This document shows, in pieces, positions 55,357 through 64,000 of a stretch of DNA of 64,000 nucleotides. Numbering within the stretch: the first letter of the stretch is position 1; each line of letters begins with the position of its first letter. This DNA comes from Bacteroidales bacterium. Its GTDB lineage: Bacteria > Bacteroidota > Bacteroidia > Bacteroidales > DTGW01. Location of the stretch: NCBI GenBank assembly GCA_026416115.1, contig JAOAFU010000234.1, positions 3,393-67,392 on the forward strand, given 5' to 3'. Made by a program: the position numbers and the translations under genes. The notes under the pieces are model-generated. The model did no database searches. It was given only the letters and a program-made list of their open reading frames with translations, and was not told where the DNA came from.

Positions 55357-55502
55357 CAAAAAAAAATAACATTAACTTTGCGTTTGAATTGATGTAAAAA
55401 ATAAACCCGACGATTTAAAACCCCAAACATACCTCTTATTACCTTTTTTCAAATAATGTAAATACTTATATAAGAATTTTAGAACTATAGTGGGGAAATT
55501 TC

Positions 55503-56075
55503 ATGATTGTTAAGTCTCAGGGACGAAGACTAAGAAAGCTCGTAGATGAAGAATGGAAGGAAATTCCAAATTCTAATGGAATGTATTTCATAAGTAATTA
55601 CGGACGAGTAAAGTCATTTATGCTTGATAAAACAAAGGGGCAAATTTTAAAGCTCCATTTGTTGCAAGGGTATTATGCTGTAACTATCAATGCATTATCG
55701 GGGAGCAAATATGTTCATCGAATGGTAGCAGAAACATGGCTCAAGCAACCCTCACCTCTTCATACATTTGTTATTCATCTCGATGGTAATAAACGCAACA
55801 ATCATGTTTCAAATTTGGCATGGGCAACCCTTGAGGAAGTAAATGCCCGAAGCTCTGAATTAATGAGAAATAAAAGTAGAAATACCGATAAAAAAAAGTT
55901 AATCACCCGAGCGAAATTAAAGGAAGAAGATGTAAAAATTATCAAATCCATGCTTCAAAGAGGTATAACCCAGAATGTTATAGCAAAATTGTTTAAGATA
56001 AGTGAAATGCAAGTTACCCGTATAAAAAGGGGTGAAAATTGGAATCATATTAAAGTAAATGAAGAAACTAATTAA
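55503..56075 (+). CDS. NUMOD4 / HNH(HNH_3-type) / C-terminal HTH protein, paralog 1
   Basis: 190 aa. NUMOD4 motif EEWKEIPNSNGMYFISNYGRVKS. HNH_3-like VHRMVAE...IHLDGNKRNNHVSNLAW. C-terminal HTH KLKEEDVKIIKSMLQRGITQNVIAKLFKISEMQVTRIKRGENW. Confidence 0.75.
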   Translation: MIVKSQGRRLRKLVDEEWKEIPNSNGMYFISNYGRVKSFMLDKTKGQILKLHLLQGYYAVTINALSGSKYVHRMVAETWLKQPSPLHTFVIHLDGNKRNNHVSNLAWATLEEVNARSSELMRNKSRNTDKKKLITRAKLKEEDVKIIKSMLQRGITQNVIAKLFKISEMQVTRIKRGENWNHIKVNEETN

Positions 56076-56079
56076 AATA

Positions 56080-56087
56080 TATATTTG
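56080..56087 (+). promoter_or_regulatory. -7 box (TATATTTG) upstream of the second NUMOD4-HNH gene
   Basis: Exact TAnnTTTG match 46 nt upstream of ATG 56134. Confidence 0.4.
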
Positions 56088-56133
56088 CACTTAAACGTTC
56101 AATCATAAATTAACAGATTCAATTATAACAACT

Positions 56134-56724
56134 ATGGGAAAAAAAGTCAATGGCAAGACAGCAGAAACATTCACTGATGAAATCTGGAAAGAAATTCCAG
56201 GTACAGAGGGAATGTATCTAATTAGTAATTACGGTAGGCTAAAGTCTTACCGTCGTGAAAAAGGCGAGGGTAAAATAATGAAATTAGCACAGGTAAAAGG
56301 TTTTAGAACAGCAAACATAAAAATTAATGGAAGATACAAATCATGTTTAGTCCACAAATTAGTAGCCGAAGCATTTGTACCCAAGCCCTCCGAACTTCAT
56401 AACTACATAACTCATATTGATGGAGATGTTGGAAACAATAGGGCTACAAATTTAAAATGGATTACCCGCGAAGAGAACTATGCTCACGTGATTCAACGTT
56501 TAAACGAAGCTAATCGTAATCGACCGGGACGTTTTGCGCCTTATGCTAAATTAACCCTTGAAGATGTTAAGCATATCAAAAACATGTTACATTTAGGGGT
56601 TAAACAAAAAGTTATTGCCAAAATGTTTTGTGTAAGCGAAATGCAGATTACACGTATTAAAAAAGGAATTAATTGGCCCGAGGTACAACACGATGAAAAC
56701 GTGAAAACCATTACCTTTCGGTAA
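56134..56724 (+). CDS. NUMOD4 / HNH(HNH_3-type) / C-terminal HTH protein, paralog 2
   Basis: 196 aa, collinear with paralog 1. Motifs EIWKEIPGTEGMYLISNYGRLKS, VHKLVAE...THIDGDVGNNRATNLKWITREEN and KLTLEDVKHIKNMLHLGVKQKVIAKMFCVSEMQITRIKKGINW. Confidence 0.75.
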   Translation: MGKKVNGKTAETFTDEIWKEIPGTEGMYLISNYGRLKSYRREKGEGKIMKLAQVKGFRTANIKINGRYKSCLVHKLVAEAFVPKPSELHNYITHIDGDVGNNRATNLKWITREENYAHVIQRLNEANRNRPGRFAPYAKLTLEDVKHIKNMLHLGVKQKVIAKMFCVSEMQITRIKKGINWPEVQHDENVKTITFR

Positions 56725-56734
56725 CCAATTATTT

Positions 56735-57002
56735 ATTAACCAATTATTAACCTAAATCATGAAGGAGGTTGCCAGTTGAGGCTCCTCCTTTTTTTATACA
56801 ATTTTGAAATTTACCTATTAACCCTCTATCTCAACGAAATAGCCGAATTATACAAGCTTACATCTAACCTACAATTAAACTTTTATTTGCTTTGTGATTT
56901 TTAACTGAACTTATTCGAAACTAATATTATGTATTGCTAAATAAAATAAAATTAACAATTGCCAAAAACAAAATTAAACCGACTATTAACTTAAAATTAA
57001 CC
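56735..57002 (+). repeat. Same-strand ATTAAC(C) boxes, several pairs with starts 11 or 22 nt apart
   Basis: Exact ATTAAC at 56735, 56746, 56817, 56951, 56985 and 56996. Variant ATTAAAC at 56874 and 56973. Start-to-start spacings are 11 nt (56735/56746), 22 nt (56951/56973), 12 nt (56973/56985) and 11 nt (56985/56996). No GTTAAT seen in this interval. Confidence 0.45.
56762..56795 (+). terminator. Rho-independent terminator after paralog 2
   Basis: AAGGAGG (56762-68) / CCTCCTT (56784-90) with an inner GCC/GGC pairing, followed by a T-run. Confidence 0.6.
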
Positions 57003-57065
57003 TTGAATTAATGATATACTTAATCGATAATCATTCCTTTGAACTCGAACAAAAAGTAGAAATTT

Positions 57066-57890
57066 ATGAAAACTTTATTCACCCTTACACTTTATTTATT
57101 AGCAAATATTTTTGTTAGTGCACAAACACAGGTAGTTCGTATCAAAGGAAGCGATACCATGCTCCCGCTTTCACAGAAAGAAGCTGAGGAATTTATGAAA
57201 CAAAACAAAGATTACAAAGTGATAGTAACAGGAGGTGGATCAGTTACAGCCGTTAATGCGCTCTTATCGGGCGATGCCGATCTTGGCATGATGTCGCGAA
57301 TTATGAATGCAGAAGAGAAGTTAAAATTTCAGCAAAAAGGCATTAAACTTACCGAGATAATTATTGGTTTCGATGCGTTAGCAGTGATTGTTCACCCTTC
57401 GAATAAAATAGACAAGCTAACAATAGAGCAGGTCGAGGCAATTTTTACAGGTGCAATAGAAAATTGGAAAGATTTAGGAGGCGATGATCGAAAGATTATA
57501 ACCGTTTCGCGCGAATCGAGCTCGGGAACTTACGGTTTTTTTAAAGAACATGTTTTACGTGATAAGGATTATGCGCCTTCAGTCCTTTTGATGCCGAATT
57601 CGGAATCGATTGTAAATGTAGTTTCGGAAACACCTGGAGCAATTGGTTATGTAGGCTTGGCCTATGTTGAAGGAAAAATAAAAACCATTGCTTTATCGAA
57701 CGATAAAGGTAAAAATTATTATAGCCCCAATCTAAACAATTGCAAAAGTCACAAATATCCGGTTTCACGTCCTCTTTTTTACTATTATCGCGACGAGTCT
57801 GAAAAACTAGTAAAACCATTTGTACAATATGTTCTCTCGGAACAAGGACAACGTAATATTCAGCTGGTAGGTTATGTTCCTTTACAGTAA
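57066..57890 (+). CDS. PstS-family phosphate-binding periplasmic protein (no adjacent pstCAB)
   Basis: 274 aa with a signal peptide. Motifs IKGSDTM and SRESSSGTYGFF are typical of PBP-like_2/PstS-family binding proteins. Confidence 0.8.
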   Translation: MKTLFTLTLYLLANIFVSAQTQVVRIKGSDTMLPLSQKEAEEFMKQNKDYKVIVTGGGSVTAVNALLSGDADLGMMSRIMNAEEKLKFQQKGIKLTEIIIGFDALAVIVHPSNKIDKLTIEQVEAIFTGAIENWKDLGGDDRKIITVSRESSSGTYGFFKEHVLRDKDYAPSVLLMPNSESIVNVVSETPGAIGYVGLAYVEGKIKTIALSNDKGKNYYSPNLNNCKSHKYPVSRPLFYYYRDESEKLVKPFVQYVLSEQGQRNIQLVGYVPLQ

Positions 57891-57913
57891 AGTGAACTAA
57901 AAATTCACTCACC

Positions 57914-58420
57914 ATGAGGTATATTTTAATTATAGGGCTTTGCTTGCAAGGCATGGTAGCTCTTTGCCAATACAAAACCATAACAATAGGTAACAAAATC
58001 TGGATGGCAGAAAACCTTAACCGCGATATACCAGGTAGCTACGTATACAATGGACAACCCGAGTTAGCTAAAAAATACGGCAGGTTATATACCTGGGAAG
58101 CAGCACGGAATGCATGTCCTACTGGTTGGAGATTACCAACTGCAAGCGAATGGGACGAGTTAATTGCGGCAGTCGGAAATGAAAATAATGCCGGAAAACA
58201 GTTAAAAGCGAATGGTTCTAGCGGATTTAATGCGCTTTATGCAGGGTATACAAATGGTCAATCGTTCTTTTTCCTAGAGTCGATGGGAGGTTTCTGGAGT
58301 GCCACAGAATACGACCAAATGCACGCTTGGTATTACTTTTTCACAAACAAGAACGATGCATTCACAAAAAGTTATTTTAATAAAAACTATGCCTTCTCGG
58401 TTCGTTGCATTAAAAAGTAA
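57914..58420 (+). CDS. FISUMP (Fibrobacter succinogenes major paralogous) domain protein
   Basis: 168 aa with a signal peptide. Motifs IGNKIWMAENLN, YGRLYTWEAA, CPTGWRLPT..EW, GGFWSAT, AFSVRCIK. Confidence 0.85.
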   Translation: MRYILIIGLCLQGMVALCQYKTITIGNKIWMAENLNRDIPGSYVYNGQPELAKKYGRLYTWEAARNACPTGWRLPTASEWDELIAAVGNENNAGKQLKANGSSGFNALYAGYTNGQSFFFLESMGGFWSATEYDQMHAWYYFFTNKNDAFTKSYFNKNYAFSVRCIKK

Positions 58421-58423
58421 AAT

Positions 58424-59965
58424 ATGCAGATAACTATTGCTAAAAGGTTTTCCTTAGGTTTGTTGTTAATTTTTGCAGGCGTACTGACAAATATTTTTTA
58501 TACTTCTATTATAGTTTATAAAAATAAAAAGCTTAACGAGCGTATCACACGGCAGTACCAACCAGTAAGAGCTCATTTACAAGAGCTTTCAGTTATGATT
58601 CGTCGAAGCGAGATGCTTATCCGTAGCTGGGTTTTTATCGATCGCATCAGTAAAACCCCCGATAAACTCGAGTTGGAAAACATCATTCAAAATAAATTCC
58701 CAGTTCTCGACGAAAACATAAATATGCTTAGATTAAGGTGGAATAGTAACGATAGCATTAAGTTTGCAGATTGGTATACATCAATTTCAGACGATATTCG
58801 AAAAAAATTATTTTCTGGGTACTCCGAAATAATGACCCAATTATCGAGTCCCGAAAGCTATAACGATCCCCTAACGATGTTGAATATCGTCCCAAAAGTT
58901 GAGTACAAAGGAGAACTTCTCACCCTTGGCGACAGTATTATTAACGAGATAGACAAAATGTATACAAAAATGGCAGCTGTCGAAAACAGGGGACGTGAAC
59001 AAATGGCAAGCTTTTTCGATAACTTCTACAAAATGGCTATTATTTCGGGAATTATCATAATTCTGATTGCTATAATTGTATCATCCTGGTTTGGTAAAAC
59101 CCTATTGATCCCATTAAAAAATACTATTCAATTTGCCCGACAAATTCAATTAGGCAGATTAAGTGTAAAACTACAAACAAGTAGGAAGGATGAGATAGGA
59201 ATAATGATAGGCACCTTAAATAGCATGAAAGATCAACTAGCGGAAATTATTGGCGATATAAAGTCGGCTGTAACGAATATGTCAAAATCGAGCGAAGAGA
59301 TACTGCATGCTGCCAACATGTTATCGTCAAATGCGAATCAGCAGGCATCTTTTGTTGAGGAAATCTCAGCTTCGATCGAAGAAATGACAGCTAATACAGC
59401 ACAGAATGCAGATCATTCGAAACATGTTCGCGACATGTCGGTCTTAATTTCGAAAGAATTGGAGGAAGTAGGTGCCACTGTGCGAAAATCGTCAGAATCG
59501 ATGAGAAATATAGCAGAAAAAATTAATATCATCAGCGACATTGCATTTCAAACCAACTTGCTTGCATTAAACGCAGCAGTCGAAGCAGCTCGAGCCGGAG
59601 AAAACGGAAAAGGTTTTGCTGTTGTAGCCACTGAGGTAAGAAAACTTGCAGAACGAAGCCGGATGGCAGCCGACGAAATTATTTCCCTTACGCATTCTTC
59701 GTTCGAAATATCAGAATATTCTACTGCTCAAGTTGAGAAGATTATTCCTCAAATTCTTCACCATTCTCAACTGGTTGATGAAATGTATCATGCCAACCAA
59801 GAATTGAAAGTAACCATCGAACACATTAACCATTCAACCCAACAACTTAGTCAATTTACCCAATACGTTGCTCAACTTGCCACAGAATTGCACGAGCGCT
59901 CGAAACAAATTGATACCTTATCTGAACATTTCGAGCAAAAAACTGCTTTTTTTGTTTTAAACTGA
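58424..59965 (+). CDS. Methyl-accepting chemotaxis protein (two TM helices, periplasmic sensor region, HAMP, MA signalling domain)
   Basis: 513 aa. TM1 at aa ~10-32 and TM2 at aa ~205-226, followed by HAMP. Highly conserved hairpin tip [40 protein letters not shown]. Confidence 0.9.
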   Translation: MQITIAKRFSLGLLLIFAGVLTNIFYTSIIVYKNKKLNERITRQYQPVRAHLQELSVMIRRSEMLIRSWVFIDRISKTPDKLELENIIQNKFPVLDENINMLRLRWNSNDSIKFADWYTSISDDIRKKLFSGYSEIMTQLSSPESYNDPLTMLNIVPKVEYKGELLTLGDSIINEIDKMYTKMAAVENRGREQMASFFDNFYKMAIISGIIIILIAIIVSSWFGKTLLIPLKNTIQFARQIQLGRLSVKLQTSRKDEIGIMIGTLNSMKDQLAEIIGDIKSAVTNMSKSSEEILHAANMLSSNANQQASFVEEISASIEEMTANTAQNADHSKHVRDMSVLISKELEEVGATVRKSSESMRNIAEKINIISDIAFQTNLLALNAAVEAARAGENGKGFAVVATEVRKLAERSRMAADEIISLTHSSFEISEYSTAQVEKIIPQILHHSQLVDEMYHANQELKVTIEHINHSTQQLSQFTQYVAQLATELHERSKQIDTLSEHFEQKTAFFVLN

Positions 59966-60052
59966 TATGCTTGACTTTCCGAAGAAAAAACTTTTTATTT
60001 CCTTATGCATTAGCTATTTGTTTTAACAATTTCAAAAATATTCTAAAGTAAT

Positions 60053-60060
60053 TACCTTTG
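60053..60060 (+). promoter_or_regulatory. -7 box (TACCTTTG) upstream of DUF3109/purB
   Basis: Exact TAnnTTTG match 15 nt upstream of ATG 60075. Confidence 0.35.
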
Positions 60061-60074
60061 CTGAAATTTTTCTC

Positions 60075-60680
60075 ATGGAGATGTTTCAGATTCGAAATAC
60101 TATTGTTAGCCGCGAAATCATTGAAACACGGTTTGGCTGCGATTTAGGACAATGCAAAGGTAACTGCTGTGTGCATGGCGATGCAGGTGCACCCCTCGAA
60201 CCCCACGAAGCATCAGAGATTGAAATACATTTTGATGCAATTCGGCCATATTTACAACCCGAGGGTATTGATGCAATCAAAAAACAAGGGTTTGCTATTA
60301 AAGATGAAGAAGGAGAGCTAGTTACACCTCTTATCGAGGGTCGCGAATGTGCATACTGTTACTTTGAAAATGGCATTGCCCGCTGTGGTATCGAAAAAGC
60401 ATACCTCGAAAAAAAAATTACTTTCCGTAAGCCTATCTCATGTTGGCTCTATCCAATAAGAGTCTCCCGCTTAAGTGCCATGCACGCGGTTGTTCTTCAT
60501 AGGTGGAAAATTTGCCAGCCTGCTTATGAAAAAGGTGCAAAAGAAGGAATACCTGTATTTAGATACTTAAAAAATCCTCTTATTGCTCGTTTTGGGCAAG
60601 AATGGTATGACGAATTGGAACAAGTTGCCCAAGAATGGCAAAATGAAGTTGAAAAACCACAAGTTGTTATCAATAAATAA
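60075..60680 (+). CDS. DUF3109-like Cys-rich protein
   Basis: 201 aa. The Cys cluster FGCDLGQCKGNCCVHGDAGAPL resembles the DUF3109 family as recalled. Confidence 0.6.
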   Translation: MEMFQIRNTIVSREIIETRFGCDLGQCKGNCCVHGDAGAPLEPHEASEIEIHFDAIRPYLQPEGIDAIKKQGFAIKDEEGELVTPLIEGRECAYCYFENGIARCGIEKAYLEKKITFRKPISCWLYPIRVSRLSAMHAVVLHRWKICQPAYEKGAKEGIPVFRYLKNPLIARFGQEWYDELEQVAQEWQNEVEKPQVVINK

Positions 60681-60697
60681 ACTATAATCGCCTACAT

Positions 60698-62050
60698 ATG
60701 ATGTCATTAACTGAGCTTACTGCTATTAGTCCAATAGATGGTCGATATCGTCAGAAAGTTGAAGATTTATATAATTATTTTTCCGAATTTGCCTTAATAA
60801 AGTACAGAGTATTGGTTGAAATTGAATACTTTATTGCTTTATGTCAAATTCCCCTTCCCCAGCTACAAAATTTCGGGATAGAAAACTTCGCAAAACTTAG
60901 AACAATTTACCAAAATTTTTCTATCGATGATGCACAAAAAATTAAGGATACAGAAAAAATTACCAATCACGACGTAAAAGCGGTTGAATACTTTATTAAA
61001 GAAAAGTTCGACAGCTGGGGATATGCGAATGTTAGGGAATTTGTCCATTTTGGGCTTACTTCGCAAGATATAAATAATACTGCATTTCCGATGATGTTGA
61101 GAGATGCTATAGTTAATTCGTACTTCCCTTTGATGAATAAATTGCTTGAAAAACTTAGCGAACTAATTAAAGAATGGGAAGATATACCCATGTTAGCCCG
61201 TACCCACGGTCAACCCGCATCGCCAACTCGTCTTGGAAAAGAGATAAAAGTTTTTTTCGAACGTTTAGAAAAGCAACTTAACCAATTAGAATCCATCGAA
61301 TGGTCGGCTAAATTTGGAGGAGCTACTGGTAATTTTAATGCTCACTTAGCAGCCTATCCCCAGATAAACTGGATCGATTTTGCAAATCATTTTGTTAACA
61401 ATGTACTTAAGCTCTCGCGTTCTCAAACAACAACTCAAATCGAACATTACGATAATCTGGCAGCTGTTTTCGATACACTAAAACGCATCAATACTATTCT
61501 TATCGACATGGCAAGAGATTTCTGGATTTACATAAGTATGGAATACTTTCGCCAGAAGATTAAAAAAGAAGAAGTAGGTTCATCGGCTATGCCTCACAAA
61601 GTAAATCCTATTGATTTTGAAAATGCAGAAGGTAACCTTGGTGTAGCAAATGCATTGTTCGAACATCTATCGGCCAAATTACCTGTTTCGCGCTTACAGC
61701 GCGATTTAACCGATTCGACCGTTTTGAGAAATATCGGGGTTCCCATTGCCCATAGTGTTTTAGCCATTAAGTCGATTTTGGTTGGACTCGATAAAATTTA
61801 TGTCAACACAGAAGCTATATACGCCGATCTCGAAAAAAACTGGGTGGTTATCTCGGAGGCCATTCAAACAATCCTTCGTCGTGAGGGAATTCCGAACGCA
61901 TACGAGCTAATGAAAAATCTTACCAGAGGTAATCTATTAGTTACCAAAAAACGTCTGCACGAGTTTATCGACACACTTCCTGTAACCGATGAAGTAAAAA
62001 ATGAACTTAAGGCTTTAACACCTTATACGTATACAGGATATAAAATTTGA
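60698..62050 (+). CDS. purB: Adenylosuccinate lyase
   Basis: 450 aa. N-terminus LTAISPIDGRY, GLTSQDINNTA, and the fumarate-lyase signature SSAMPHKVNP. Confidence 0.93.
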   Translation: MMSLTELTAISPIDGRYRQKVEDLYNYFSEFALIKYRVLVEIEYFIALCQIPLPQLQNFGIENFAKLRTIYQNFSIDDAQKIKDTEKITNHDVKAVEYFIKEKFDSWGYANVREFVHFGLTSQDINNTAFPMMLRDAIVNSYFPLMNKLLEKLSELIKEWEDIPMLARTHGQPASPTRLGKEIKVFFERLEKQLNQLESIEWSAKFGGATGNFNAHLAAYPQINWIDFANHFVNNVLKLSRSQTTTQIEHYDNLAAVFDTLKRINTILIDMARDFWIYISMEYFRQKIKKEEVGSSAMPHKVNPIDFENAEGNLGVANALFEHLSAKLPVSRLQRDLTDSTVLRNIGVPIAHSVLAIKSILVGLDKIYVNTEAIYADLEKNWVVISEAIQTILRREGIPNAYELMKNLTRGNLLVTKKRLHEFIDTLPVTDEVKNELKALTPYTYTGYKI

Positions 62051-62091
62051 TTTTTTTTACAACATTGGTGTGAAGTAGTACTTAAAAAATA

Positions 62092-62099
62092 TACATTTG
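62092..62099 (+). promoter_or_regulatory. -7 box (TACATTTG) upstream of the msbA-like gene
   Basis: Exact TAnnTTTG match 37 nt upstream of ATG 62137. Confidence 0.4.
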
Positions 62100-62136
62100 T
62101 ACGATTTTTTGCTTTACTGCGTAATTGTTACGAATA

Positions 62137-63957
62137 ATGAATAAATTTTTTGCATTTCTTCCGTATCTTAAGCCATACTGGCGTCAAGGAGTACTCAATA
62201 TTTTATTTAACCTGTTATCGGTAGTATTCTCCATATTTTCTCTTTTGATGTTAGCCCCATTTCTTGGGATATTATTCGGAACACAACCAATGGTTGACCG
62301 CCCACCCCAATTTAACATCTTAGAATTTAAAGACAACTTAAACTATATATTTAGCGAACTTATTAGACAATTTGGTAAGTTTAATACGCTGCTTATTGTA
62401 AGTGGCGCAATTACGCTCTTCTCATTCTTACGAAATTCTTTCGCATATCTAGCCAATCATTTCCTAACCTCATTACGTGCAGGGATAGTTCGAGATATAA
62501 GAAATAAATTATTCCGTAAAGTGCTCGATTTACAGCTTTCTTATTACTCCTCAGAACGTAAAGGCGACTTAATGTCGCGTATGACTAACGATGTAATGGA
62601 AATAGAAACATCTATCATTAGTTCGCTCGAAATGATATTTCGCGATCCCCTCACAATTCTGATTTATCTTATCTTTCTTTTTTCTGTTAGTACTCAGTTG
62701 ACGCTTTTTGTTCTTATAATGCTTCCTATCAGTGGATTTATTATTGGGCGAATTGGTCGAACACTCAGAAAAAAATCATACAAAAGCCAAACCAAACTTG
62801 GCTCTTTACTAACTTTAATCGAAGAATCTATTTCGGGTTTAAGAATAATTAAAGCTTTCAATGCTGAAAAGACAATTTTACACAGGTTTAGCGAATTAAA
62901 TGATGACTTCACCCGATTGAATGTCAAGATCAATCGTAGAAGAGCTCTGGCTAGTCCGGTCGGCGAATTTCTTGGAACATTGGTAATAATCATTATTATG
63001 ATTTATGGAGCCTCGCTAATACTAGGGCATCGCTCTTCCCTCGCCCCACAGCTGCTCATTACATACCTGTCAACCTTTTATTTGATCATCGAACCCTCGA
63101 AACGTTTCTCTACAGCCTATTATAATATTCAAAAAGGACTTGCTTCGTCCGACAGAATAGACGCCATCCTAAAAGCCGAATCGAAAATAAAGGAAAAGAA
63201 AAATGCTATTGAGAAAAAATCTTTTGAAGATTGTATTGAGTATATCAATGTTTCGTTCAAATACGATCAAGTATATGTTCTTAAAAATATTAATCTAAAA
63301 ATAGAAAAAGGTAAAACGGTGGCTATTGTTGGCCAATCGGGGAGTGGAAAATCGACATTAGTCGACCTGTTACCAAGATTTTACGATATCGATCATGGAG
63401 AGATTCTGATTGATGGAATAAATATTAAAGACTTAAAAGTAGCCGATTTAAGATCGCTTATGGGCATTGTAAATCAGGAACCCATTTTGTTTAACGATAC
63501 TATATTCAATAACATTGTATTTGGAAGAGAAGGATACAGCATGGACGACGTAGTAGCTGCAGCTAAGGTAGCAAACGCTCACGACTTTATTATGGCTACC
63601 AAGCATCAGTACCAAACGGTAATAGGCGATCGAGGTGGAAAACTTTCGGGTGGCCAACGTCAGCGTTTAAGCATTGCCCGTGCTGTACTAAGCAATCCAC
63701 CTATTCTCATTCTCGACGAAGCCACATCTTCGCTCGATACCGAAAGTGAACGATTGGTACAGGAGGCCCTTACAAATTTGATGCGAAACCGAACCACAAT
63801 TGTCATAGCACACAGGCTTTCAACTGTTGTACATGCCGACGAAATAGTAGTTCTTCACGAAGGAAGTATTGTAGAGCGTGGTCGACATGACGAATTGCTT
63901 GCTTTAGGTGGACATTATAAAAAATTATACGACCTTCAAGCTTTTGCTGAAGATTAA
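62137..63957 (+). CDS. ABC exporter, fused permease/ATPase (MsbA-like)
   Basis: Six TM helices, then an NBD with Walker A GQSGSGKST, signature LSGGQRQR and Walker B ILILDEATS. ATG at 62137; the track start at 62125 is a TTG. Confidence 0.88.
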   Translation: MNKFFAFLPYLKPYWRQGVLNILFNLLSVVFSIFSLLMLAPFLGILFGTQPMVDRPPQFNILEFKDNLNYIFSELIRQFGKFNTLLIVSGAITLFSFLRNSFAYLANHFLTSLRAGIVRDIRNKLFRKVLDLQLSYYSSERKGDLMSRMTNDVMEIETSIISSLEMIFRDPLTILIYLIFLFSVSTQLTLFVLIMLPISGFIIGRIGRTLRKKSYKSQTKLGSLLTLIEESISGLRIIKAFNAEKTILHRFSELNDDFTRLNVKINRRRALASPVGEFLGTLVIIIIMIYGASLILGHRSSLAPQLLITYLSTFYLIIEPSKRFSTAYYNIQKGLASSDRIDAILKAESKIKEKKNAIEKKSFEDCIEYINVSFKYDQVYVLKNINLKIEKGKTVAIVGQSGSGKSTLVDLLPRFYDIDHGEILIDGINIKDLKVADLRSLMGIVNQEPILFNDTIFNNIVFGREGYSMDDVVAAAKVANAHDFIMATKHQYQTVIGDRGGKLSGGQRQRLSIARAVLSNPPILILDEATSSLDTESERLVQEALTNLMRNRTTIVIAHRLSTVVHADEIVVLHEGSIVERGRHDELLALGGHYKKLYDLQAFAED

Positions 63958-64000
63958 TATTCCATGCCTATGCGTATCAGCGGATTTTCGATGGGTAAAG

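Noticed and set aside
55125-55430. 101-aa minus-strand ORF from the track
   Set aside because: It is antisense to a textbook rubredoxin ORF. Its composition is low-complexity Phe/Lys/Asn-rich, typical of AT-rich antisense frames, and it has no motif.
57541-57996. 151-aa minus-strand ORF
   Set aside because: It is fully antisense to the 3' half of the PstS-like gene and the start of the FISUMP gene, both of which have strong family motifs.
1-64000. Scan for CRISPR arrays, IS elements/transposases, integrases, prophage genes, rRNA, tmRNA, RNase P RNA, SRP RNA and riboswitches in the longer intergenic gaps
   Set aside because: I saw no regularly spaced direct repeats, no terminal inverted repeats flanking an ORF, and no conserved RNA signature motifs by eye. 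This was not a covariance-model search, so small RNAs cannot be excluded.
63964-64000. ATG-initiated frame (MPMRISGFSMGK...) running off the end of the window
   Set aside because: Only 12 codons are visible, so neither the gene nor its function can be supported.

Overview
AT-rich chromosomal segment with the hallmarks of Bacteroidota: a SusC/SusD pair, four secreted proteins with T9SS C-terminal sorting domains, TAnnTTTG-type -7 promoter boxes, and the DUF3822-rsmD, DUF3276 and DUF3109 gene families. A rubredoxin, HypE and a PaaK/ACT pair suggest an anaerobic or microaerophilic host. I call about 58 protein genes and one tRNA-Asp(GTC). I found no rRNA, CRISPR array, transposase, integrase or prophage genes. 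Most of the window is housekeeping: aromatic amino-acid biosynthesis, fba, ppk1, purB, pcm, pdxB and an msbA-like gene. Two real features are missing from the ORF track because they are short. One is a 24-codon Phe/Tyr/Trp-rich leader peptide with terminator/antiterminator hairpins in front of a pheA-DAHPS/CM-aroB-aroD-aroC operon. The other is a 54-aa rubredoxin. The strongest candidate for an undescribed system is a tightly packed six-gene minus-strand operon (34117..38392). It combines a bacterial VTC-domain (polyphosphate-polymerase-like) protein, a DUF4956 membrane protein, a DUF2490 outer-membrane barrel, a DHOD-like TIM-barrel protein and two exported proteins. It lies in a neighbourhood that also holds SixA-ppk1 and a polyphosphate glucokinase. 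A second candidate module is at 55.3-60 kb. It has two tandem NUMOD4-HNH-HTH paralogs and a strand-biased set of ATTAAC(C) boxes, several pairs with starts 11 or 22 nt apart. A PstS-like / FISUMP / methyl-accepting-chemotaxis-protein operon follows. Other oddities are a class III cyclase-HD fusion with a metal-site Asp-to-Asn change and an ABC-G-type transporter with large N- and C-terminal extensions. There is also a 1418-aa T9SS protein with ~180-aa Cys-containing tandem repeats, an orphan hypE, an ohrR paired with gpx instead of ohr, and a 740-bp non-coding gap. All functional calls rest on motif recognition by eye, not on database searches.
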